This document shows positions 1 to 8,146 of a DNA stretch of 64,000 bases, in pieces. The first letter of the stretch is position 1; each line of letters starts with the position of its first letter. The DNA is from Phycisphaerales bacterium (GTDB lineage Bacteria; Planctomycetota; Phycisphaerae; Phycisphaerales; SM1A02). Both the position numbers and the translations under genes were made by a program. The notes under the pieces were generated by a model. It was not told where the DNA came from. It was given only the letters and a program-made list of their open reading frames with translations, and did no database searches. The DNA lies in the NCBI GenBank assembly GCA_035443885.1, contig DAOMNO010000012.1, forward strand, positions 815 through 64,814. Reading direction: 5' to 3'.

Positions 1-174
1 TCACTTAGTGCATTTGCGGGGATTAAGTCTGATTATCTCTTTGACGAAGTATATATGTTTCGCAACAGCGGCAGCCCCACTTTCTACGACGACCTTTACG
101 GCGTTCCTTCACCCGGCGCGCTGGGCGTGTTCTCGCTTGCGGCGTTCGGCTGCCGCCGGCGGAGACGGTCATGA
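1..174 (+). CDS. PEP-CTERM sorting-domain protein, C-terminal fragment (5' end lies outside the window)
   Basis: Frame 1 reads ...FAGIKSDYLFDEVYMFRNSGSPTFYDDLYGVPSPGALGVFSLAAFGCRRRRRS*, with TGA at 172-174. It shows the PEP-CTERM signature: (V)PxPG, a hydrophobic stretch, then an Arg cluster. The tail is paralogous to the ORFs at 42070-42618 and 43089-43661. It is absent from the ORF track because no start codon lies in the window. Confidence 0.7.
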   Translation, partial: SLSAFAGIKSDYLFDEVYMFRNSGSPTFYDDLYGVPSPGALGVFSLAAFGCRRRRRS

Positions 175-271
175 CGGCGTAGGGTGGGCAATTGCTCACC
201 ATGGTTTTTGTTTAGAGTTGGACCATCGCGTATCACCAGTCAATGGCGGACCATGCCCGCCCTACACACCG

Positions 272-296
272 TGCTTCACGCTGCGCGATGAAGCAT
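272..296. repeat. 25-nt exact repeat, copy 1 (tgcttcacgctgcgcgatgaagcat); self-complementary arms tgcttca/tgaagca around a 10-nt loop
   Basis: Read directly from the sequence. An identical 25-mer recurs at 514-538. Both copies lie in the 175-591 stretch, which has no convincing ORF. Confidence 0.9.
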
Positions 297-513
297 GGCA
301 CCCCGCCCTGAAATCGTGGAGCGTGCGTTGCGCGGTGCGTGCAGGTGGTGGGCGGTGCCCACGCTACGACGGTTGATATGTTGACTCGTTCTTCATCATC
401 TCCGCGCTCTCCGCGTGCTCCGTGGTGAATATTGCTTACCCTTTCCGGAAATGCGACAATGATGCGGGGCGTTCGTTGAGTGAATGGTTGAACGGAATCA
501 ACGCGAGTTCTCA

Positions 514-538
514 TGCTTCACGCTGCGCGATGAAGCAT
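514..538. repeat. 25-nt exact repeat, copy 2; here the stem extends to 8 bp (atgcttca/tgaagcat, 513-520 and 531-538)
   Basis: Read directly from the sequence. It ends 54 nt upstream of the ATG at 592. Confidence 0.9.
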
Positions 539-591
539 CACACCCCCCTTGCCGTGCCCGCTGCCAGCCGCCCTGATATCATGCGTGCCCC

Positions 592-1803
592 ATGGCGACG
601 CACGATTCCCACAGCACATTGCGGCTTTCCTCACTGGTCATTCATGGCGGGCAGCGCCCCGACCCCACCACCGGCGCGGTCATGCCGCCGGTGTATCTCA
701 CCTCCACCTACGCGCAGGAGTCGCCCGGCGTTCACAAGGGGTTCGAGTACTCGCGTAGCCACAACCCTACGCGATATGCCTTCGAGCGGTGCATCGCTGC
801 GGTGGAAGGCAGCGGCCTAATCGAATCGCAGGATGTAACCACTGGCGGGTTTGCGTTCTCCTCCGGCCTCGCAGCCACTGCCACCTGTCTCGAACTGCTG
901 GACTCGGGCGATCATCTCATTGCGATGGACGATCTGTACGGCGGCACGTATCGGCTGATGACGCGCGTGCGCGAGCGTTCGATGGGGCTGAAGGTGTCGT
1001 ATGTCGACATGGTGGATGCTGCACGGATTGAAGCGGCCATCACGCCTCGCACGAAGATGATCTGGGTGGAAACGCCTACGAATCCGACACTGAAGATCGT
1101 TGATCTTCGCGCAGTTGCGGCGATCGCGCAGAAGCACAACATCATCACCGTGTGCGACAACACGTTTGCCACGCCGATCTTGCAGCGGCCGCTCTCCATG
1201 GGCTTCGATATCGTCATGCACTCCGCAACGAAATACCTCGGGGGGCATTCCGATGTGATCGGCGGCGTGCTGGTTACGCGGCGTGCGGACCTCGCCGAGA
1301 AGCTGCGCTTCATGCAGAACGCCATCGGCTCCGTCATGAGCGCGTTCGATTCCTATCTCGTGCTTCGCGGGATGAAGACGCTGGCCTTGCGCATGGCACG
1401 GCATTGCGAAAGTGCGCAGCGCATCGCAGAGTGGCTGGAGAACCACCCGAAGATCAGCAGCGTTGTGTATCCCGGCCTTGCCTCGCATCCGCAGCATGAT
1501 GTTGCAGCCCGTCAGATGAAGCTCGCATCAAGCGGGGATGGCTTCGGCGGCATGATTACGATCTTCCTGAAAGGCGGCCTCGCAGAATCCCGCAGATTCC
1601 TCGAGCGTGTGCGACTTTTCGCGCTTGCGGAATCACTGGGCGGTGTGGAATCGCTCATTGAGCACCCTGCCATCATGACGCACGCATCCGTGCCTGCGGA
1701 GACGCGCGCGAAGCTCGGCATCAGCGACACGCTCGTGCGAATCTCCGTAGGCATCGAAGATGTCGAAGATCTGATTGCGGACCTCTCTCAAGCTCTTGAG
1801 TGA
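592..1803 (+). CDS. PLP-dependent trans-sulfuration enzyme (cystathionine gamma-synthase / beta-lyase / gamma-lyase family)
   Basis: 403-aa ORF. The N-terminal VIHGGQRPDPTTGAVMPPVYLTSTY, the motif YSRSHNPTR and the PLP-lysine motif SATKYLGGHSDV are typical of the Cys/Met metabolism PLP family. Exact substrate specificity cannot be assigned from the sequence. Confidence 0.9.
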   Translation: MATHDSHSTLRLSSLVIHGGQRPDPTTGAVMPPVYLTSTYAQESPGVHKGFEYSRSHNPTRYAFERCIAAVEGSGLIESQDVTTGGFAFSSGLAATATCLELLDSGDHLIAMDDLYGGTYRLMTRVRERSMGLKVSYVDMVDAARIEAAITPRTKMIWVETPTNPTLKIVDLRAVAAIAQKHNIITVCDNTFATPILQRPLSMGFDIVMHSATKYLGGHSDVIGGVLVTRRADLAEKLRFMQNAIGSVMSAFDSYLVLRGMKTLALRMARHCESAQRIAEWLENHPKISSVVYPGLASHPQHDVAARQMKLASSGDGFGGMITIFLKGGLAESRRFLERVRLFALAESLGGVESLIEHPAIMTHASVPAETRAKLGISDTLVRISVGIEDVEDLIADLSQALE

Positions 1804-1823
1804 GCCTTTGCAAGTAGTCAAAC

Positions 1824-3224
1824 ATGAACAGTCTCACGATCGACTTCGCCAACTGCTTTTCCGATCGCGTCGGCTCGAATGGGCTGAGCCGCGATGCGTT
1901 TGAGAAGGCGGCCGCTTCGCTGGCGGAACTGACGGCACAACTTGAAGCGACGCGAGGCACCGGCTGGGAGCGATGGCGCAACCTGCCCTTCGCCCCCGTG
2001 CGAAACGAGCATGTGAACGCGGTAACCATGCTCGTTGACAAACATCGTGAGCGAACAGAGAACCTGGTCGTGCTGGGCATCGGCGGCAGCGCGCTGGGCA
2101 ACATCGCTTTGCAGGCCGCGCTCAACCCTGTTACGTACAACCTCATCCCACGTGAGAAACGAGGCGGGCCGCGTTTGTTCGTGCTGGACAATGTCGATCC
2201 GCATCTCGTCGGGCAGACTTTGGAAGAAGTGCGGCGAATCGATCCCGGCTTTGAGCGCACAATCATCAACGTCGTCAGCAAATCAGGTGAAACCGCGGAG
2301 ACGGCGGCACAGTTCATCATCGCAAGGTCGATGCTGAAGAACGCGCTCGGCGCGAAGTATGCGGAGCACATCGTGGCGGTAACAGACCCCAAAGCTGGCA
2401 CGATGCGGAAGATTTGCGACGCGGAAGGTTATGCCACGCTCCCCGTGCCTGAAGGCGTTGGCGGCCGCTTCAGCGTGCTTTCACCTGTTGGCCTGTTCAG
2501 CGCAGCCATGTGCGGCATCGACATTCACGCGCTACTCGACGGGGCAGCGGCAATGGATCAGCGATGCAGCGATACGAATGCGAAGAACAATCCCGCAGCG
2601 ACGCTGGCGTGGCTGCTCATGCAGTTCACAGCGAAGGGCAAGCGCAATCACGTCCTCATGCCTTACGCGAATAATCTTTATCTACTTGCAGACTGGTTCC
2701 GTCAGCTCTGGGCAGAATCGCTCGGCAAGCGATTCGATCGCGAAGGCAAGGAAGTGTTCGCAGGAGCGACACCGATCAAAGCGCTCGGCACGACCGACCA
2801 GCACAGCCAGGTCCAGCTCTATCGTGAAGGACCGAACGACAAAGTGTTCGGCTTCGTCGAAGTGGAGTCGTTTGAGCACGATGTCGCCATTCCGAACGAT
2901 CTTGATGTGGAACAGCTCAAGTATCTGCAAGGGTCAACGCTTGGCATGCTGCTGAACGCCGAGAAGCGGGCCACGGAGTATGCGTTCATCGAAAGCGAGC
3001 GGCCGAACTTCACAATCCGGTTCCCACGTGTGAACGCAAGGCATGTTGGCGAGTTCCTTCAGCTCTGGATGGTTACAACAGCGTATGCAGGGCTGATGCT
3101 GAACATTGATGCCTATGACCAGCCTGCGGTGGAGACGGGCAAAGTGGCGACATTCGGCCTGATGGGGCGCGCGGGCTATGAAGAATGGAAGCATCGCGTG
3201 GAAAACGCCCTTAGGCGCCGGTAA
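1824..3224 (+). CDS. pgi: glucose-6-phosphate isomerase
   Basis: 466-aa ORF with the SIS-domain motifs VVLGIGGSALG and VSKSGETAET and PGI-like length and architecture. Confidence 0.88.
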   Translation: MNSLTIDFANCFSDRVGSNGLSRDAFEKAAASLAELTAQLEATRGTGWERWRNLPFAPVRNEHVNAVTMLVDKHRERTENLVVLGIGGSALGNIALQAALNPVTYNLIPREKRGGPRLFVLDNVDPHLVGQTLEEVRRIDPGFERTIINVVSKSGETAETAAQFIIARSMLKNALGAKYAEHIVAVTDPKAGTMRKICDAEGYATLPVPEGVGGRFSVLSPVGLFSAAMCGIDIHALLDGAAAMDQRCSDTNAKNNPAATLAWLLMQFTAKGKRNHVLMPYANNLYLLADWFRQLWAESLGKRFDREGKEVFAGATPIKALGTTDQHSQVQLYREGPNDKVFGFVEVESFEHDVAIPNDLDVEQLKYLQGSTLGMLLNAEKRATEYAFIESERPNFTIRFPRVNARHVGEFLQLWMVTTAYAGLMLNIDAYDQPAVETGKVATFGLMGRAGYEEWKHRVENALRRR

Positions 3225-3271
3225 GGGTGCTGGCGCGTTGATTTGCCGACTTGCCTCTCTATGATTTCGCC

Positions 3272-3493
3272 ATGCCCATGTACGAATACATCTCGGAAGA
3301 CGGCGAGACGATTGAGTTGCTGCGCCCAATGAAAGATGCTGATGCGCCGGTGGACGATCCGAAGGGCAAGGGCCGCAAGTTCACGCGCAAGCTGAGTACG
3401 TTCATGACGGGTTCGTCCACCGCTGGCGGTTCCGGTCACGTACATGGCGGCGGGTGTGGGTGCGGCAACCCTCATGGCCCGTGCAGCAACTAA
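3272..3493 (+). CDS. FmdB-family-like small protein lacking the usual CxxC pairs, with a Gly/Cys/His-rich tail
   Basis: MPMYEYISEDGETIELL... matches the MPxYEY(C)xx(C)GxxFE start of FmdB-type zinc-ribbon proteins, but both CxxC pairs are replaced. The tail is HVHGGGCGCGNPHGPCSN. An alternative in-frame ATG lies at 3251 (MPLYDFA MPMYEY). Confidence 0.55.
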   Translation: MPMYEYISEDGETIELLRPMKDADAPVDDPKGKGRKFTRKLSTFMTGSSTAGGSGHVHGGGCGCGNPHGPCSN

Positions 3494-3528
3494 CTGCGCG
3501 AACGCATCAAATTAGCATCAATAAAAAA

Positions 3529-3556
3529 CAGCGGCGATCCTTTGGGATCGCCGCTG
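3529..3556. terminator. bidirectional rho-independent-type hairpin between convergent genes
   Basis: cagcggcgatcc-tttg-ggatcgccgctg gives a perfect 12-bp stem, preceded by an A-run (aaaaaa). It lies between the + strand ORF ending at 3493 and the minus-strand flagellin ending at 3592. Confidence 0.6.
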
Positions 3557-3591
3557 CGTGCGGTTAAGGGAGCTGTCGCGCGAGCCTGGTC

Positions 3592-5055
3592 TTAGCCGAG
3601 CAGCGCCAGCACGGACTGCGGCTGAGCGTTGGCGATGGCCAGCGCCTGCGTGGCAGCCTGTGAGAGAATCTGCTGCCGCGTGAGCATTGCCGTCTCCTGA
3701 GCGAAGTCGGTGTCACGAATAACGGATTCAGCAGCCGAGGTGTTCTCGAGCGCGACGCCGAGATTGTTCATCGTGGCGGCCACGGTGTTCTTCTGGAACG
3801 CGCCGAGTCGGCCACGCAGACCGGAGACCTGCTTGATGGCTGCGTCCACGATGTTCTGAGCAGCGCTGAGGTCGCCGTTGACGACGTTGGCTGTGCCGCC
3901 TGCCTTCACGCTGGAAAGCACGCCGACGACGCCGTTGCCGAGGTTGCCAGTGGTTACTGCACCGATACCGAGCGTGGTCTTGCCAGCGAGGCTGACCTTG
4001 GGCGACAGGTTGAAGTTGGCACCACCGCCGGTGATGTTGAACGTGGTGGACTGGTTCGTGTTGTTGAGGGCGCTGAGGCCATCAATCGACACCGCCAGGC
4101 TGAGGCCATCGCTGGACACACGGGCGGAGAGGCCGTCCGTAATGGCCTGCTGTCCGTTGATAAGGATCGTGGCATTGCGGCCATGATCGGTCAGGCTGGT
4201 GGTGCCAGCGCCACCGCTGGCGGCTTCGAACATGAGGCCCGCCGAGCTGCCGTGAACGATTTGAGAGCGAACGAACTCGTTGGCGCCGAACTCGGTGGAG
4301 CGAAGCTGCACGCGAACCGCGCTGGCGGTCGTGGAAGCCCGCACACCAGTGGCCTCGGTGAAGGTGTTGATGGCGGCGATCACGTTCGCCTGCGTCGTGC
4401 CTTCCGCGAAGGTGAACTGCTGCGAGCCTTTATTGCCGACAACTTCGATGGTGATTGAGCCGTTGCCGCCGTTGTCAATGGCTGAACTGGTGTAGAAGAA
4501 CACCTGACCGCGCTGCGCCGACTGCGTGACCTGAACAGTCACAGCCATCGCGCCGCCCGAGTCGCTGAGCTTGGCGGACTGGATATCGACGTTGGTCAGC
4601 GAAGCGGCCACGCCAGTCGTGGTGTAGTCGAAGTTACCGTTCAGCAGCTTGGTGCCGTTGAAGCTGGTCGAGTTGGCGATGCGATCGATGGTGGAGAGGA
4701 TCGAGTCGATCTGAAGCTGGTTCGCTTCCTTCTCCTGAGCGGAGACGCCTGCTTCGTTCGCGCTCTCGCCGATCAGCGACTGAAGCTCAAGAAGAAGGTT
4801 GTTGATTTCCTGGAGACCACCTTCAGCGACGTTCACCACCTGCTCGGCACGCTGGGCGTTGCCGATGGCGGCTGAAATCGCAGCTTTCTCAGCGCGAAGG
4901 TTTTCGCTGGCGATCAAGCCGGCGGGGTTGTCGGCGCCTCGATTGATGCGAAGGCCGGTGCTGAGCCGTTCGAGACTCGTCACAAGCCCTCGGCTCTGAT
5001 TTCCCAGCACGCGCTGGGCGAGCATGGACGAAACGTTTGTGTTGATGCGACTCAT
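3592..5055 (-). CDS. fliC: flagellin (paralog 1)
   Basis: MSRINTNVSSMLAQR...LSTGLRINRGADNPAGLIASENLR at the N-terminus and ...LTRQQILSQAATQALAIANAQPQSVLALLG at the C-terminus are the conserved flagellin D0/D1 ends. The start is moved to ATG 5055, which has GGAGGA 4 nt upstream. The track ORF extends to 5073. Confidence 0.95.
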   Translation of the reverse strand: MSRINTNVSSMLAQRVLGNQSRGLVTSLERLSTGLRINRGADNPAGLIASENLRAEKAAISAAIGNAQRAEQVVNVAEGGLQEINNLLLELQSLIGESANEAGVSAQEKEANQLQIDSILSTIDRIANSTSFNGTKLLNGNFDYTTTGVAASLTNVDIQSAKLSDSGGAMAVTVQVTQSAQRGQVFFYTSSAIDNGGNGSITIEVVGNKGSQQFTFAEGTTQANVIAAINTFTEATGVRASTTASAVRVQLRSTEFGANEFVRSQIVHGSSAGLMFEAASGGAGTTSLTDHGRNATILINGQQAITDGLSARVSSDGLSLAVSIDGLSALNNTNQSTTFNITGGGANFNLSPKVSLAGKTTLGIGAVTTGNLGNGVVGVLSSVKAGGTANVVNGDLSAAQNIVDAAIKQVSGLRGRLGAFQKNTVAATMNNLGVALENTSAAESVIRDTDFAQETAMLTRQQILSQAATQALAIANAQPQSVLALLG

Positions 5056-5272
5056 GATGTCCTCCGTGAACACGCGCTGGCCAGTTTGCCTGACCTTGCA
5101 CTCCCTTACGAATCTGCCGTGGGATCACCCTGATCCGGGGCTGCGGGCCGCACTGCCCCGCACTCGCCTTTGCACGTAACGGATTGCATCCTGTTGAGCC
5201 TCTCAACGTCGTGGATGAATCCGCTCCCCTTGGCGATCGCCTCACACGGCGGACCTTGGGGATCGATCAGAG

Positions 5273-5300
5273 CTATCGTCGCGCAGAAAGGGGCACTTAA
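5273..5300 (-). promoter_or_regulatory. candidate sigma-28 (FliA)-type promoter for flagellin paralog 1
   Basis: The minus strand reads TTAAGTGC-N12-GACGATAG, against the enterobacterial consensus TAAAGTTT-N11-GCCGATAA. It would give a leader of about 215 nt. This is a weak, unvalidated match. Confidence 0.25.
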
Positions 5301-5411
5301 CCGGACCACGCATTCTGGAAAGAAATCTCTCGACGTTCTGGGAGCTTGGGTCGCGGCGCCGACAACCACAACGCGAATGATTTCCCAGAAAAACCCACGT
5401 CAATACGCAAA

Positions 5412-5438
5412 GCAACCTCCTGAAAATCAGGAGGTTGC
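5412..5438 (-). terminator. rho-independent terminator downstream of flagellin paralog 2
   Basis: gcaacctcctga-aaa-tcaggaggttgc gives perfect 12-nt arms. On the minus strand it is followed by TTTGCGTATT. It lies 65 nt after the stop at 5503. Confidence 0.55.
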
Positions 5439-5502
5439 GCGTTCATCACATATTCGCTTATAGGCCTGCACCCCACCGATGCAGGCTCTTGTTCACATAG
5501 GA

Positions 5503-6990
5503 CTATCCGAGAAGAGCAAGCACATTTTGCGCGTTGACGTTGGCTGTTGCCAGCACTGAAGTGCCTGCCTGGGTCAGAATCTGAGCCCGCGTGAGAGCCG
5601 CCGTCTCCTTTGCGAAGTCCGCATCGCGGATTCTGGATTCGCTTGATGTGATGTTCTCAAGTCCGATCTGCAAGGCGCGGATGTTCGGCTGGATCGTGTT
5701 ACGCTCGAACGCGCCCAATCGGCCTCGAATGATCGAGATATCGTTGATGGCGGATTCGAGCACTCTGGTCGCGTTGGCGGACTGCCCCTTCACGATGGCG
5801 TTGTCACCGCCCGCCTTGAGCGAGTCAAGGAAGTAGCGGACGCCGTCAATCGACGTGCCCCCAAGCTGGCTGGCCGCGACCGACTGCACACCAAACCCGA
5901 TCTGCTGGTTTGAGTTGATCGTTGGCCCAAGCTGGAAGGTCGAGCCGCCGCCGGTGATGTGGAATGATGAAGTAAGGCTGCCAACAGTCGTATTGAACGC
6001 CGTGGATAGCGTGAATTCCGCGCTCAAGCCGGGCGAGTTGATGGAAACATCCAGCCCCTTGCCTCGTGCGAGCGCGCCGTTGACAACCGCCGTTACATCG
6101 CGTCCTTCGCCTCGTGTTACCGCTGTGGCCGTTCCCTTGGCGGGATACAGCGTGAACAACTCGCCACCGGAGCCGATCTTGCGGACGGAGACGAACTGAT
6201 CGGCACCGTAGGCGGTGGAGTTGAACCTCATGCCGCTGTTGCCACCGCTGGTTACGTTGAAGAACGACGCGCTGACGCCAGTGGACTCCTTATAGGTGTT
6301 CACCGCTGCGATGATTGATGCGTATGTCGTGCCAGAGGCAAACGTCAACGTCTGCACACCGAGGTTACCCGCCACTTCAATCGTAACCGTGCTGGCGAGT
6401 GCGCCGGTCTGCGCGCCGTTGATGCCTGAAAGGAAGAGCGAGCCTGTTCGGGCCGACGCCACCACTTGCACGCCGACGGGCACGGTCGCATTGTTGCCGA
6501 ACTGCGCACTGAACACTTTGGCGCGGGTCAACTCTGCGTTGTTCACACCTGATGTGATGTAATCCATCGACCCGTTGAGCAACTGCATGCCTGCAAAGGT
6601 CGCCGTGTTCGAGATGCGCGTGATGGATTCGATCGCGCTGTCGATCTGAAGCTGGTTCGCTTCGATCTCTTCCGCGCTCAATGCGCCGGTGTTGGCCGCC
6701 TCGACGACCAGTGACTTGATCGAGTTGAGCAGGTCGGCCACTTCCGCAAGGTATGCCTCTGTCGTTGAGATGACGAGACTGGCTCGCTCAGAGTTGTGAA
6801 TCGCCTGGTCAAGCCCCTGCACTTCGCTGCGCAGCCGCTCGGAAACAATCAAACCGGCGGGGTCATCCGCACCGCGGTTGATCCGAAGTCCGGTGGAAAG
6901 CCTTTGCAGGCGAACGGCAAGGTCGTTGTGCGACCGGCTGAGATTGCTTTGTGCGATAAGTGATGCGACGTTGGTATTGATCCTAGCCAT
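5503..6990 (-). CDS. fliC: flagellin (paralog 2)
   Basis: MARINTNVASLIAQSNL...LSTGLRINRGADDPAGLIVSERLR at the N-terminus and ...LTRAQILTQAGTSVLATANVNAQNVLALLG at the C-terminus. AAGGAGGA lies upstream of the ATG. Confidence 0.95.
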   Translation of the reverse strand: MARINTNVASLIAQSNLSRSHNDLAVRLQRLSTGLRINRGADDPAGLIVSERLRSEVQGLDQAIHNSERASLVISTTEAYLAEVADLLNSIKSLVVEAANTGALSAEEIEANQLQIDSAIESITRISNTATFAGMQLLNGSMDYITSGVNNAELTRAKVFSAQFGNNATVPVGVQVVASARTGSLFLSGINGAQTGALASTVTIEVAGNLGVQTLTFASGTTYASIIAAVNTYKESTGVSASFFNVTSGGNSGMRFNSTAYGADQFVSVRKIGSGGELFTLYPAKGTATAVTRGEGRDVTAVVNGALARGKGLDVSINSPGLSAEFTLSTAFNTTVGSLTSSFHITGGGSTFQLGPTINSNQQIGFGVQSVAASQLGGTSIDGVRYFLDSLKAGGDNAIVKGQSANATRVLESAINDISIIRGRLGAFERNTIQPNIRALQIGLENITSSESRIRDADFAKETAALTRAQILTQAGTSVLATANVNAQNVLALLG

Positions 6991-7119
6991 GGCAATCCTC
7001 CTTGATTGAGGCTAGCGGCCCTGCGATGCGCCTCGACGATCCGTCATCGACGGCGAAAACATTCCTTGGTAACAAGCGTGCTCCTTCGCACGCGGTGATC
7101 CGTTCTTGCTTCTCACGGC

Positions 7120-7419
7120 CTACGCCGTCTCTCGTACATTCTGAGGGCCGTGCCCGCTCAACTTAGCTGCGATCTGAATCGCACCCGCAGCGCCCGCGGC
7201 ACGCTTGGCCGCCAGCGAGGGAATCTGCCCTCCTGTCAGCCGTGCTGCCTGCTCGTTCTCGCGGCGAATCGCCTCATACACTTCCTTGCGATGCACCGCC
7301 ACATGTGACGGTGCCTTGATGCCGATCCTGACTTTGTCGCCGCGAATGTCAACGACAGTCAGCTCGATGTCATCCCCAATAATGATCGTCTCGTCTCGCA
7401 GACGTGAAAGCACCAGCAT
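7120..7419 (-). CDS. csrA: carbon storage regulator CsrA (flagellar-cluster type with C-terminal extension)
   Basis: [51 protein letters not shown] is a near-canonical CsrA core. AGGAAGGAG lies upstream of the ATG. It sits next to fliW. Confidence 0.9.
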   Translation of the reverse strand: MLVLSRLRDETIIIGDDIELTVVDIRGDKVRIGIKAPSHVAVHRKEVYEAIRRENEQAARLTGGQIPSLAAKRAAGAAGAIQIAAKLSGHGPQNVRETA

Positions 7420-7561
7420 GTCCGGCTCCTTCCTGGGTCCGGCTCCGACGCGGGGACAGCCGCGACGGAGGTCTCAAGTCAGAAGTCAGGCGCACGGGCG
7501 TGACCCGCGTAACCGACCTCTCCATTCGAGGCGTCCCTGCCTCGATCCATCTCCCTGCACG

Positions 7562-8008
7562 CTAAGCCGAAGCCGCGTGCACCAGTTCGGCAAGCTGAAC
7601 GATCTCATGCCGAGTGGTCCACCGTTTCTCGGCCAGCACAAGCTGCATAGCGCGCTGGTTGGTGAGGTTCACCACCAACGGTCCCTGCAGATTGGCGGTC
7701 AAGCTGCGGTCGTACTTGTTCACGATGACCAAGACCTGTGCGTCCTCAGGACGGTCAAGGCCGAGTTCGGTCATCTGCTCGCGCCGAATCGTGGCTTCGT
7801 AGCCTTCAACCCAGAGCGATGGGTCCGTTACCACGAACGCCAGATCGGGCGCTTCAACAGACTGAAGCCAGAAGAAGACGCCGTCATCATCCGGCTGAAG
7901 CAGCGCGAAGCGCCGAAAGCTGGAGAAGCCCAGCAAGCCCGTGGGGAAAGTGATGATGCGACTCTCATCAACATCCACCGTACCGAATCTCGTCGTCTGC
8001 ACGTTCAT
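7562..8008 (-). CDS. fliW: flagellar assembly factor FliW
   Basis: TTRFGTVDVDESRIITFPTGLLGFSSFRRFALL...FFWLQSVEAPDLAFVVTDP...LTANLQGPLVVN matches the FliW family pattern. The start is moved to the internal ATG at 8008 (MNVQTTRFG). The track ORF extends to 8146. Confidence 0.85.
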   Translation of the reverse strand: MNVQTTRFGTVDVDESRIITFPTGLLGFSSFRRFALLQPDDDGVFFWLQSVEAPDLAFVVTDPSLWVEGYEATIRREQMTELGLDRPEDAQVLVIVNKYDRSLTANLQGPLVVNLTNQRAMQLVLAEKRWTTRHEIVQLAELVHAASA

Positions 8009-8146
8009 GTGAACGCTCCCGCGGCCTTCCATTCCTTGGTTCTGCGGATCCCTCGACTCCAAGGGACCGTGCCATCCATGTTCAGACGCCTGCATGGCCG
8101 GGATGCATGCGCCTCGTACCGAAGGGCGGTCGAACCGCCCCATCAA

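Noticed and set aside
175-591. SAM riboswitch (S-box/SAM-II type) expected upstream of a trans-sulfuration gene.
   Set aside because: By eye I could not find the conserved cores (S-box GGNGGAGGGA...GCAACC...AGAUGAG, or the SAM-II AAAGCU pseudoknot). Only the duplicated hairpin is reported. A covariance-model scan is still needed.
7040-7075. Sigma-28-like promoter upstream of flagellin paralog 2 (minus strand ...GTCGATGA with ACCAAGGA 11 nt upstream).
   Set aside because: The -10-like box matches 6 of 8 positions, but the -35 region has almost no resemblance to TAAAGTTT. That is too weak to call.
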